In this document: piece after piece, positions 1 through 12,725 of the stretch | How positions within the stretch are numbered: the stretch's first letter is position 1 | How the letters are laid out: the number at the start of each line of letters is the position of its first letter | Assembly (NCBI GenBank): GCA_038087875.1 | Contig: CM075992.1 | Span: forward strand, 4,280,001-4,344,000 | DNA length: 64,000 nucleotides | DNA from: Malacoraja senta | Lineage: Eukaryota | Reading direction: 5' to 3' | Made by a program: the position numbers and the translations under genes | Notes under the pieces: generated by a model | Database searches by the model: none | Seen by the model: only the letters and a program-made list of their open reading frames with translations | What the model was told of the DNA's origin: nothing

Positions 1-494
1 CAACTAGCCCACACCGACCAACAAGCCCCAGAGATCTGTACACAACACAGCAAGGGGTTTCATTATCATAGTCATAGTGATACAGTATGGAAACAGGTCC
101 TTTGGCCCAACTTTCCCACACCAAACAACAGGTCCCAGCTACACTAGTCCCACCTGCCTGCGCTTGGTCCATATCCCTCCAAACCTGTCCTATCCATGTA
201 CCTGTCCAACTGCTTCTTAAATGTTGGGATAGTCCCAGCCTCAACTACCTCCTCTGGCAGCTCGTTCCATACACACACCACCCTCTGTGTGATTACAATT
301 AGCAAAGAGTGCACTATATGCCAATTCTGTTAATGGGCCATTAGACTTGAAAGAATAACTCATATTCTCTCTCCAAGATGCTGGCCAACACTATGAGTAT
401 TTCTAGCACTTTCAGCTTTCACTAGAGTATCCAAGGCCTTGGTTCAATGTGCCATCTGAATGCCGACAGTGTGAAAGACCCATCCTTTTTTTTT

Positions 495-807
495 TAGTTT
501 AGTTTAGTTTAGAGATACAGTGCGGAAACAGGCCTTTCGGCCCACCGAGTCCGCACCGACCAGTGGTCGCCATATACTAACATTATCTTACACACACGAT
601 GGACAATTCACAATTCACAGAAACCGAATTAGCCTACAAATCTGCAGGTCTTTGGAGTGTGGGAGGAAACCGAAGATCTCGGAGAAAACCCAAACAGTCA
701 TGGGGAGAACGTGCAAACTCCGTACAGACAGCACCTGTAGTCAGGATCGAACCCGGGTCTCCGGCACTGCAATGCAGCAACTCTACCGCTGCACCACCCT
801 GCCGCCC
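495..807 (-). mobile_element. tRNA-derived V-SINE (chondrichthyan HE1-like); representative of many copies (e.g. 5029-5300 +, 11489-11795 +, 12168-12482 -, 13449-13750 +, 19600-19772 -, 37135-37430 +, 39297-39590 +, 57070-57360 -)
   Basis: Family copies show A box TGGCGCAGCGG and B box GGTTCGATCC, the V-domain core GGAGTTTGTACGTTCTCCCC...GGTTTCCTCCCAC and a (CTAAA)n tail. Confidence 0.85.
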
Positions 808-3800
808 CAGAGATTTTTCTCCAGAGATGTTGCCTGACCCGCTGAGTTACTCCAGCACTTTGTGTCTATCTTCAAGTCAAGTTGACATCATTGTTGGATG
901 TATACGTAGGTGAGGTACAAATACATTGAAAAGCTTGCCTTTGGCAGCATCATGGGCACATAAGCAACATGCAAAAACATAAATCGTACATAAATCGCAC
1001 ATAAGTTCAAAAAGATAATGGAAAATTACTGGTAAAAAAAAAAAGACAATATTGCAAAAATGCACAATAAGAAAACAAGTCCATGATAGTGCAAGAGGTA
1101 GTCCGTAGTGTTCTGTTGCCAAGATAGAAACATAGAAAATTGGTGCAGGAGTAGGCCATTCAGCCCTTTGAGCCAGCACTGCCATTCAATATGATCATGG
1201 CTGATCATCCAAAATCAGTACCTCGTTCCTGCTGTCTCCCCCATATCTCTTGATTCCGTTAGCCCTAAGAGCTATATCAAACTCTCTTTTTGAAAGCATC
1301 CAGTGAATTGGCCTCCACTGCCTTCTGTGGCAGAGAATAAAACAGATTCGCAAAGTTTTTCCTCATCTCAGTCCTAAATGGCTGAGTTCTGGCCTAGGGT
1401 AGTGCAGGATGAGGGTTGTGTAGGTCGGATCAAGAACCTGGTGGTTACCGCAACACTGACGCAAAATTTTGCACAGATTCTAAACCAACATAAGCGACGG
1501 AAGAGTACAGAAGTTATTAGCTGTCTAATTCTTTTTAAAGTTAGCGTAGCTACATATTAAATTATGATTAGTTCCATGCAATATCTTCCAACAGGAAGGA
1601 GAAGATGCAAAATATCGCAAAGGAAACAACAGAGGAAACAATATAATACAAATCATTTCTGTGGGGCTCCTTTCCTTCCCGATGTTTATTCTACTGCAGA
1701 GTTATTTTAACTTATCACAAACTAATGAAAAGTTGCAGATAAGTTTATGGACATTAGATAACATTCCTCCTTTGAACTCTACACAACTATAATCTTTCTA
1801 ATCAAATACAATGTGGCATACAGTTAGGGTCCAGAATCAATATGCTTTCATGATGGTAGCTTGCTCGATACACACAACCTTATGTCAGGTATTCTTAGCA
1901 GGTTTGGAAGCCTGTGGGCATCTATCACTTGTCTAGGGAGGAACTGCAGATGCTGGTTTAAACTGAAGATAGACACAAAATGCTGGAGTAACTCAGTTGG
2001 GCAGGCAGCATCTCTGGATAGAAGGAATGGGTAACGTTTCAGGTCGAGACCCATTCCTTCTCTCCAGGGATGCTGCCTGTCCCGCTGACTTACTCCGGCA
2101 TTTTGCGTCTACCTTTGGCATCTTTCACTTGTTGTCTGTGCCAACCCAGCTATCGGGCATCAAAGGCAAAGTGCTCCCAATGCACAGATTCATTTTTGTT
2201 TTAGTTTCGTTAGTTTATTGTCACGTGTACCGAGGTTCAGTAAAAAGTTTTTTTGTTGTGTGATATCCAGTCTGCGAAAAGACTATACACGATTATCATC
2301 AGGCCATCCACGGTGTATAGATACAGGACTATGAAAATAACATTTGGTGCAACATAAAGTCCAGTAACATCCAATTCAAGATAGTTTGTGGGTCTCCAAT
2401 GAGATAGAACAGCTGGAAAGAAGCTGTCCCTAAATCTGGAGGTAGGCATTTTCACACTTCTCTGCCTCTTGCCTGATGGGAGAGGGGAGAAGAGGGAGTG
2501 GACAGGGTGCGACTTGTCCTTGATTATGCTGCTGGCCTTGCCGAGGCGTAGTGAAGATAGATGGAATTATTGGAAGGGAGGTTGGTTTGTGTGAAGGGCT
2601 GGGTTACGTCCACAGCCCTGCAAATTTCTTGCGGTCTTGGATGGAGCTGTTCCCAAACCATGATGTGATGCATCCTGATAAAATGCTTTCTACGGCGCAT
2701 CTGTAGAAGCTTGTGAGAGGTGTTGGGGAAATGCCGAACTTCCTAAGCCTTCGATGGAAATAGAGGCATTAGTGTGCTTTTTTGGCCATTGCTTCGATAT
2801 GACTGGTCCAGGACAAGTTGATGGCAATATTTACTCCTGTGAATGTTTGCAGTGTTTTGCATTTGTCAGCTGGTCCAGCAGAGATGACCCATACCTGAAT
2901 CCCCTTGAGGAGTTACTGTTGAACCAAAGCAGTCTTTTTAGAAAAGGTCCTGTCATGGAATTGTTTGGGAAGTGAGTTTAGGGATTTAGTCCCAGCGACA
3001 ATCAGGGATCGTTCATATATTTCCAAACAGATGATATGCATGGTAGGACTATTCCTTGGAGTGCAGGAGGTTGAGGGGTGATCTTATAGAGGTGTATAAA
3101 ATCATGAGGGGAATAGATACAGCAAATCCTCTGTAAATTGCCCCAAGTGTGTAGGAGTGGATACTAAAGTGGGATAACATAGAATTAGTGTGAATGATTG
3201 ATCGGTAGTCAGCATGGACTTGAGGGACCGGAAAACCCGTATCAATAAAGCTAAATAAATTTAACTGGGGCTATGAAGAAATCCCATAAGTGCAGGGTAC
3301 GTTTATGGGCATTGTGAATATTAGGGTGAATATATTTTACCCAGAGGGAATCAAGAACCAGAGGACATAAGTTTAAGTGAGAGAGAAAAATGTAATAGGA
3401 ACCTGAGGGGGAATTTTCTCACATAGTGGGTGGTGGGTATATGGAATGAGCTGCCCGAGGAAGTACTATAATAACATTTTAATGATATGTGGACAGGTGC
3501 ACGGATAGGAAAGGTTTAGAGGGATATTAGCCAAATGCTAGATAGTGGGATTAGTGTAGAAAGTGTATCTTGGTTTGGCCTAAGGGCTTGTTTCCGTGCT
3601 GTATGACTCACCGACTCTATGTAACTTAAACTTGGATATTGTTGTCTTCCGAGGCATTTGCTGTCACTGTCTCTCTGAGGCAGTTGTTGTCTACCTGGAC
3701 TTTTGAAGGCCTTTCACAAGGCATCATCAATGTTTCAACTTTGTAGATACACTTCACAGAGTCATACAGTGTGGAAACAGGCCCTTCGGCCCACGAAGTC

Positions 3801-5028
3801 CATGCCGCCCAGCGATCACCCTTTCACACTAGTTCAATGTTATTTTCTCATCCACTCATTGTTCGAAAATTATTTTCTCATCCACTCTTGGTACACTTGG
3901 GCAGCTTACAGTGTGCAGGATTGAAGTAGTATATGGGTGATCGCTCAGTGGGCCGAAGGGCCTGTTTCCACTCTGTATCTCTGAATAAACTAAACTAAAC
4001 CATCCCTCTCCACACTCACTCATCTCTCCATATGTTCTGTATGGAAAATACCAACCCACTGTCCATGTTCAAGACTCCAGATTACAGTTTATAATCAGAA
4101 GTGGGACGATTTGTAATGTGGAACAAAGAATGGGCAGAGCAATCAAAAAGTTACTTTGGTTAGGTCTTCACAGAAGAAGATACAACTACATTCCCAGAAA
4201 TGGCAGGGAGTTGTGAATATAACGGAGATTGGTGAAAAGAAAATGTGTTCAAAAATTAAATGAACACAAGCCAATACATTCCATCTGGCTGATACTGTGC
4301 TTCCAGGGGTAGTCAGAGAGGCGACTCGGTGCAAACAGGCCCTTCGGCCCTTCGGCCCGCGGAGTCTGCGCCACCCAGCGATTCCCCTGTACTATCCTAT
4401 AACCTATGGGCAATTTACAATTTTTACCGAAGCCAATTATCCGACAAACCTATACATCTTTGGAGTGTGGGAGGAAACCGGAGCATCCGGGAAAACCTCA
4501 CCTGGTCACAGGGAGAACGTACAACTCTGTACAGACAGCACCCAAGGGCAGGATCGAACCCTGATGTCTGCTGCTCTAAGGCAGCAACTCTACCACAGCT
4601 CCACTGTGTCACTCTACGAAAAATTCTCATTATTGTCTGCAGATTTAGTTTAGTTTAGTTTAGTTTAAACACCTCTCAGCAGCCGAAGGGCCGGTTTCTG
4701 CGCTGTATCTTTAAAATCTAAAAGTCTAAAGTCCAAATGTGTCCATGGTAATGGTGGATGCAATGATTGGCATTCTGTAGATTTCGGAGACGTCCTTGCA
4801 GATTGGAGATACTGTAGACACAAAATGCTGGAGTAACTCAGCGGGACAGGCAGCATCTCTGGAGAGAAGGAATCGGTGATGTTTCGGGTCGAGACCCTTC
4901 TTCAGACTCATGCAGAATCAAAATCAGTCAAGAATCTTGCAGATTGGAGGATTAAAAATATCACTCACTCTTTGAAAAAGGAATGAGAGAACCATGGATT
5001 ACATATCAGTTAGAGCATAACTAATTGT

Positions 5029-5300
5029 GGGCGGCACGGTGGCACAGCGGTAGAGCTGCTGCCTTACAACACTAGAGACCCGGGTTCGATCCTGACCACG
5101 GGTGCTGTCTGTACGGAGTTTGTACGTTCTCCCCGTGACCACGTGGGTTTTCTCCGGGTGCTCTGGTTTCCTCCCACATGTGGATTTGCCGGTTACTTGG
5201 CTTCTGTAAATAGTTCCTAGCGCATAGGATGGAACTATGGTCAATGGTCGGTGCAGACTGTGTGGGCCGAAGGGCCTGTATCCATGCTATATCTCTAAAC
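5029..5300 (+). mobile_element. V-SINE copy
   Basis: GGCGGCACGGTGGCACAGCGGTAGAG...GGTTCGATCC head and V core. Confidence 0.85.
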
Positions 5301-5544
5301 TATATAGTAAACCCTCATTATAGTGGACCTGGGGGGGGGGGGGGCAATGGTGTCCATTATTGCCAATTATCCTCTCTAACCAAGTATGGGGATGTTAGTT
5401 CATATATCTAAACTTGAATATGAAAGATAAAATGGATACTGAAAGCATAATAATGAAGCAGATTTCCTGCAATATTTCACATATCCCATTATGGACTACA
5501 TTGTATTTGCAAAGAGCTTCATACAAACAGTGACAGTAGCACAC

Positions 5545-6490
5545 TTTACCGGTGTTCCCCGATTTACGATGCTTCGACCGGCGCCCCCACTAACCAGGGG
5601 GGCGCCATTGAGTATGGCAGCCTTGCCTGCAGCTGTTCATCCTTTTATTCTTTTTTTTTTATTTTTTAGTTTGTCAAAAGGTTTTCTTTTGGAGGTCTTT
5701 TAGTCTTTTTATGTGAGGGATGGGGGATTGGGGTGGGGGGGGAAACAGTCACTTCCATGTCGAGGGTGTGTTTGTCCTCCGAGCCGCATCTTCGCCCCCA
5801 CCTCGCGGCCTACCATCTGGATTGGCGCGGCCTTTCCTGCCGGAGACCGGACAGAGCTTCAAGTTCAGCAGCGGCACAGCACTGAAATACCATCGCGGAG
5901 CGGGCGGTGCCATACCGGGGTCACCGTGTAGGAGCACCGGAGTGCTGGGACTGCCGACTTTAACATCGTGGAGTTGTGGTCTGTGGAGCTTCCAGCCGCG
6001 GGCGGCGCTGACTTTAACAATGCCGAGGATCGCCGTGTGGCGCTCCGCCCAGCTCGGCCTGTGGACTCCGGGAGCCGCGGTCTCCGGTAGGAAGCGGCTG
6101 TTTCGGAACTCCAAGCCGCTGAGAGTGTTCTTCCGACGCCGGAGTTCCATAATCAGGCGAGAGGGCCTGAACATCGGGCCTCCGTTACGGCGACTGCAGA
6201 GGCCTCAATAGGCCCCGACCATGGGTGAACATAGAGAAAGAGGACTGGACTTTGTTGCCTTCCCTCACTGTGGGAAACGTTGATTCCTCTGTGTGGGGAT
6301 GTTCATGTTATATTAGACAATAGACAATAGGTGCAGGAGTAGGCCATTTGGCCCTTCGAGCCAGCACCACCATTCAATGTGATCATGGCTGATCATATTC
6401 TATTGTGTGTTGTGTTCTTTCTAATTGTATGGCTGTATCGCAACCCAAATCGTGTTGTACCAATTGGTACAGTGACAATAAATAAATGTA
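5545..6490 (+). mobile_element. GC/CpG-rich interspersed repeat, related to the inverted copy at ~37465-38340
   Basis: 6170-6290 (GAACATCGGGCCTCCGT...GGACTGGAC...GCCTTCCC...GTGG) matches the reverse complement of 37770-37870. Confidence 0.6.
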
Positions 6491-8076
6491 AACTTGAACT
6501 TTACCAGCGGCAAACGCTCGGCAATGGCAGCGAGCCGCCGTCACTTCCGGCACGTGATCGCAATGTATTTAAATGCGTTTTCGACTTGCGATATGTTTGG
6601 TTCTTCTTCTTCTTGCGTATGGCGTGCACAGCCTAAAGTTGGAGGACAACTTGTTCTATATTTTTGGTTTATGATGGGTTTATCAGAACATAATCCCATC
6701 GTAGGTCGAGGACCCCTGTATTCTTTACAAATGAGTGGTGTTGTCCTTGCCGATTGCCGCCACTTAGTGGCCTCTGTCTGCTATAACCAAAGTCTGTGAT
6801 AAGACTACTGTTGATGGTGCGTTTTGGTTGGCTTTGATAAACTGGGTTGAAGAACCTGTTTGCACGCTGCATGACTTCATGGCCTTTAGGTATATACTTG
6901 CGAGAGATGGGGAGAAACAAGGACTGACCGGACTGATTCCTAAATCTGGTGGGACTATCATATTAGGAGAGATTGGATTATGTAGGCCTACGTTCTAACT
7001 AGAAGTTAGGAGAAATGAAGCAAATCTCACTAAAATTCTGACAGGGTTTAAGTTCGCCTGGCTTGGGTAGTCTCGAACAAGAAGGCAGAGGCTTCAGGTA
7101 GAGCGTTTTTCCAGAACACCTGTTCTTCATCTAGAATGCTTCTTCTAGAATTTTCCACGACAGAACGCAGTGGAGGCCCAGTCACGGAATATTTTAAAGA
7201 TGAAGATATTTGTCTTATCAAGGAATGCATTGATCAAGAGGCCAGGAATATGGTATTGAGATTAATCAGCATGACCGTATTCAATAATGGTACAGGCTCA
7301 AAGGGCTAAATAGTCAACTCCTTCTCCTGTTTATTGATGGTTCCCATATTTGCACCCACACCCTGGGCACCTGGATATGACCCCATGAGACACCTTCCGT
7401 AGAGATATAGCTGGCATCTAAAGCAGAGCATGTGGTGAATTTGCAGAGCCCGCTGAGTTGTGGTGACCAACGCCATAATATCAGTAAGGTCTGAATAAAC
7501 CAATATAATCTAGTAGCACAATGGCGCAGCTGGTAAAGCTGCAGTCTCACAGCCAGAGACCCAAGTTCGATCCTGACCTCAATTGCTGTCTATGTGGGGT
7601 TTGCACGTTCTCCCTGAGACTGTGTGGGTTTTCTCTGGGTGTTCTGGTTTCCTCCCACAACCCAAAGACAGGTGGGTTTATAGGTTATTTCTGCCGGTTA
7701 ACATAACCGCCCCCACCAACTACAGTGCAGCGCTGACCTCCCATTGACCTCATTGGAGACTCTTGAACTATCTGTAATTGGCCTTTATCTTGCACTAAAT
7801 GTTATTCCCTATATCGTTTACCTGTTCACTGTGGACAGCATGATTGTAAATATGTAGTATTTTCTTTGACTGGAAAGCAAACAACAACAAGCTTTCCACT
7901 GTACCAAGGTACACATGACAATAATAAATTAAACCAAACTAAACTAAACTAATTGGCCTCTATAAATTGCCCCTTGTCTTTCGGGAGAGGATGAGAAAGT
8001 GGAGCAACACAAAACTAGTGTGGACGGGTGGTCGATGGTCGGCATGGACTGGGTGGTTGAAAGGTCTGTATCCATG

Positions 8077-8540
8077 CTTCTTCTTCTTCTGTCGTACGTC
8101 TTTTAGACCTGCAGCTCCGTTGAGGCGAGCCAGAGCCAACGTGTCATCGTCCAGGTCAATCAGACCTCGTTCACCATTCGGTGGCCGGTTTTTGGCGGCA
8201 ACTGGTGACTATGTGCTCCACTGTCAGTGTTGGTGTCCCCACACTCGCAGGAGGCGCTGTCCACGAGGCCCCACCTCTTCATCGCCACTCCATAGCGTCC
8301 GATGCCTGTCCTCAAGCGGCTTGAGGGTTGTCCACTGCTTTCGGGGCAGGTCCTGGCCAGGGACGTCCATGGGGTCATTGATGTACTGGTGTAGCCCTAG
8401 ATGGTTCTGCTGACTTCCACTGGTCTCTCCATCTCGTCTTGACCCAGGCGGCCTTAGAAGCGTCAGCCGGTGTTGTGCAGAGCAGCTCTTGGGCTTGCGT
8501 GGCAAAGGGGTGCTGTGACTGAGGCGCACTCATCGTGGTA
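8077..8540 (-). mobile_element. RTE-like LINE 3' fragment
   Basis: Minus-strand peptide RLRTGIGRYGVAMKRWGLVDSASCECGD and a (GAA)n tail. Confidence 0.6.
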
Positions 8541-9007
8541 TCCATGCTGTATATGAATGAATGAATAAGTTTATTGGCCAAGTATTCACATACAAGGAAT
8601 TTGCCTTGGTGCTCCGCCCGCAAGTGACAACATGACATACAGTGACAGTTAGGAACGACACATAAAACATTAAACATTAATCATAAAATATGGTTTATGT
8701 TTATCTAAAACTGAACCTCGAGTGATGGCAAAATAGCCATGGTAAAAAACTGACAGGGTTAATGAGTTAGTACTAGAGCCCCTGTAAGTGCTGTCACTTA
8801 TTTTCCAACCCTTTGGATGATAAGGAAGGAGTTAGAGTGGGCCAGTCAGCATGTCCAGTCCATAGGTTGTCTCTGTTCCTCCTCCCCCTTCCTGTGGATG
8901 CTTTCAGCGCACTGCCTGAGGGCTCACCACAGTTGCTTCAGAGCAGTGCTAACTGTGCACTGTATCCCCAGGAGCGTGTACCTAACCAACAGCCTGGAGC
9001 TTTGACA

Positions 9008-9084
9008 ATGCTGCCAGATGTAGACACCGAAACCAACTTCCTCTACATTCAGGATTCAGGATCAGATCAAATTGTTGCTACAAA
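9008..9084 (+). CDS. NR5A putative first coding exon (MLPDVDTETNFLYIQDSGSDQIVAT)
   Basis: Resembles the NR5A2 N-terminal segment MLPKVETE. Ends at a strong donor AA|GTGAGT (9085). 77 nt, phase 2. Confidence 0.65.
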
Positions 9085-11488
9085 GTGAGTACGGGAAAAC
9101 TAACGCAATGTTTCTTTTCTTTAATTGTGCAGCTGGTAATTTAAATCTCTGGAAATATTTTACTCGCAGGATTCCATATTCATTCATTCATCCCTTAAAT
9201 CATTACATCATTTCACGCAGAAGACCCCAAAAGGATCTTTACAAATTTAGGATTGTCTTAAATTGCTCTATGAGCGGCAGAGTCACTGCCTCGCAGCGCC
9301 GGAGACCCTGGTTCGATCCTGACCTCGGGTGTTGTCTGTGTGGAGTTTGTACGTTCTCCCCGTGACCGCGTGGGTTTTCTCCGGGTGCTCCGGTTCTCTC
9401 CCACATCCCAAAGTCATGCGGGTTTGTTGGTTATTTGGCCTCTGTAAATTGCCCCAGTGTGTAGGGAGTGGAGGCGAAAGTAGGATAACCTAGAACTAGT
9501 GTTAACAGGTGATCGATGGTCGGCTTGGACTCGGAGGGCTGAAATGCATGTTTCCATGCTGTATCTAACCTAAACTAATTAACTTGCCTTTAAATAGGCC
9601 AGTACAGCACAGGAACAGGCCCTTCAGCCCGCAATTTCTGTGCCGTACATGGTTCCAAGATAAACTAATCTACTCTGCCCTGCACATAATCCATATCCCC
9701 CCATTCCTTGCATGTACTTGCGCATCTAAAAGTCTCTTGAATGCCACCATCATATCTGCCCTCCACCACCACCCTTGTCAGTGTGTTCCAAGCATTCTCG
9801 GTGTAAGAAAATTCCCCTGCATGTCTCTTTGAAATGTTTCCCCTCTCACCTTAAAACTGTTCCCTCCACTCTTTCAACAAATACTAATGGTGAGAACCTC
9901 AGTCCTCTAGACACTGTTTCAGGAGTTGGGCTGGGCCAAGGTTTGGATGGTGGTCGCTGGGCGTGCGACAATATTTAAACAGGCTCCCCTCACTCAACCC
10001 CACGCTCGCTCGCTCACTCACTCACGCGCTCATACACCCACGACACTTTTGATCAGCAATCAATAAATAAATAAGTTACCGCACAAGTTGTTCTGTTTAC
10101 GGCATAGACACTCAGTGTTCCGCTGAATATTTCTGTATCTCTGAAAAGTTTGCACTTTCAGGGAGCCGAGGGCATGTTCCTGGGACCTGTTTGTCATTTG
10201 CTACAATGAATTTGGCAAAGAGTCATCTCTCTTGCAGAGCCGTCAATTGCTGTTAGTTTCCTCCACATAGGTTCACGATGTCTCATTCACAAGGGATTTC
10301 CTGGTTTCGTTCAGTTTAGTTTAGTTTAATGTAGAAAAAATGCTGGAGAAACTCAGCGGGCACAGCAGCATCTATGGATGCGAAGGAAATAGGCAACGTT
10401 TCGGCCGAAACGTTGCCTATTTCCTTCGCTCCATAGATGCTGCTGCACCCGCTGAGTTTCTCCACATTTTCGTCTACCTTCGATTTTCCAGCATCTGCAG
10501 TTCCTTCTTAAATAGTTTAGTTCTAATGTACTCTAATTTAGTTTAGTTCAGTTTAGTTTAGTTAAATTCAGAGATATGGCATTGAAACAGGTCATTCAGC
10601 TCACTGAGTCCGAGGCCCACCCTGATCAGCCTCATACAAGTGCTATCCTCCACACTAGGGTCATTATACAGAAGCCAATTAACTTCAAACCTGCACGTCT
10701 TTGGAATAAGGGACGAAGCAGGAATGCATGGAGAAAGTCCATGTGGTCACGGGTGCCACCGTGCCACCTTGACAAATCCCATGCCAGCTCAAACTGTATT
10801 CAGTAAAATAAGAATAGTTGGGAGCAAAAGAACAGAAGGAATAGTCATTCAGCATCACAGTGGTTCTGCTAATCGGTAAAACTCATGGTTTAGCATTCAT
10901 CTCAGAGCCATATGCCCACTGTAACCAACACCCTCTGATTCCAAAGATCTGTCGATCTGTGTCTTGATCAGATGAACCTCAGTGAACAGAAAATTCCAAA
11001 GTTTCGCTACTTCTGAGTGAAGACATTTCTTCTCATCTCAGACTTGAATGGCGGACCCTTTTCTTTAAGGTGGTTACGCATGGGTCCAGTCACCCCAGTC
11101 GTGAAAAATCTAGCGTCTGCCACATCAATGTCTTAGTCCCGCCTGGATCTTTCAGTTCATCTTCAATTAAGGGGCACAAGGAATTATTTGAACTAAGTTA
11201 GAGCACGGAGTTTTGGGATCGCATATAAGGTAGAGAGCAGAGTGTAGGTTATGTTAGTGTTGGCCGAAGTAGCACTATAGGGGTCAGTTCTGTTAACACT
11301 CAAGAACAGTGATCTGGATGATGGAATCAATGATAACTGATTTTGGATGATCACCCATGATCATATTGAATGGATCGAAGGCTGAAAGGCCTACTGCACC
11401 TATTTCTATGTTTCTATATTTCAATGATACTATATCCAAATTTGCTGATGATGAACAAAATTTGTTTGCTGTTGAAGGGTGGGCACAG

Positions 11489-11795
11489 CGGCACGGTGGC
11501 GCAACGGTAGAGTTGCTGCCTTACAGCGCCAGGGATGCAGGTTCAAACCTGACTACGGGTGCAGTCTGAATGGAGTTTGCACGTTCTCCCCGTGACCTGC
11601 GTGAGTTTTCTCTGGATGCTCCGGTTTTCTCCCACACTCCAAATACGTACAGGTTTGTAGGTTAATTGGCTTGGTAAAATTGTAAAATTGTCCTGAGGGT
11701 ATGTAGGATGATGTTGGTGTGCAGGGATCGCTGGTTGGCATGGGCTCGATGGGCCAAAGGGCCTGTTTCCATGTTGTATCTCTAAACTAAACTAA
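11489..11795 (+). mobile_element. V-SINE copy
   Basis: tRNA head, V core and (CTAAA)n tail. Confidence 0.85.
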
Positions 11796-12602
11796 AAGCC
11801 ATTAATCCTATCTATTCCTTCATGCTGTATGTTATTTTTCAGAAGTTGGTATTCTTTTTTTGAGGTTGATAGTGTGCATACAAGCCCCTACCCCAGAGGA
11901 CTGGCGTTCACAGACTCTAGGCTCACTATACTGAGGGAGTGCTGTAATCAGCCTAGAGTTTGGCCCTTCAGCCCAACTTGCCCATACCAACCAACATGCC
12001 CCACCTACACTACGCCCACCTGCCTATGGTAGCCAATATCCTATACTATCCTAACCATGTACTTGTCCAAAGATATATATATATTTTTTAATTTGTGGGA
12101 GTTTGCTATACAGAAATTAGCTTTTTTAAATTCTCTTTTTATAAAATCATCTCGTAATAATTTTATTTTTAGTTTAGAGATACAGCACGGAAACAGGCCC
12201 TTCGGCCCATCGAGTCCACGCCAACCAGCGATCCCCACACATTAACACTATCACTACACACACATGGACAAATTTACATATACACCAAGCCAATTAACAC
12301 TACTAACCTGTACATCTTTGGAGTGTGGATGGAACCGAAGGGTCTCGGAGAAAACCCACACGGTCACGGGGAAAACATACAAACTGCGTACAGACAGCAC
12401 CCGTAATCAGGATCGAACCCGGTTTTCCGGCGCTGCAAGCGCTGTAAGGCAACAACTCTACCGCTGTGCCACCATGCCGCCCAAACATTTTGTTCAAACA
12501 TTTTGCCTCGACAGGGCAAGCATGGGATGAAGGGATAATTAAAAGAAGGGACTGCAACGTCAGATGCAGCAATCAATGACATTTTGTTTCTTTGAATCAT
12601 AG

Positions 12603-12725
12603 ATTCCCAGGTTAAGATGGAGTATCCTGTTGAATCGATGTGTGAGGAGTTGTGTCCGATTTGCGGAGACAAGGTCTAAGGTCTCTGGATACCACTATGG
12701 ACTCCTAACTTGCGAAAGTTGTAAG
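12603..12725 (+). CDS. NR5A exon, zinc finger 1 (SQVKMEY...EELCPICGDKV / SGYHYGLLTCESCK), frameshifted by a 7-bp duplication
   Basis: Acceptor ...AATCATAG (12602), ATG at 12617, donor AAG|GTATGA (12726). AAGGTCT repeated at 12671-12677 and 12678-12684 gives TAA at 12677-12679. Confidence 0.92.

Noticed and set aside
431..442. Palindromic CCAAGGCCTTGG as an NR5A autoregulatory site
   Set aside because: A single short motif 8.5 kb upstream among repeats, with no supporting evidence.
5029..5100. tRNA genes suggested by A/B boxes
   Set aside because: These are V-SINE heads that continue into the V core and tail, with no complete cloverleaf or terminator.
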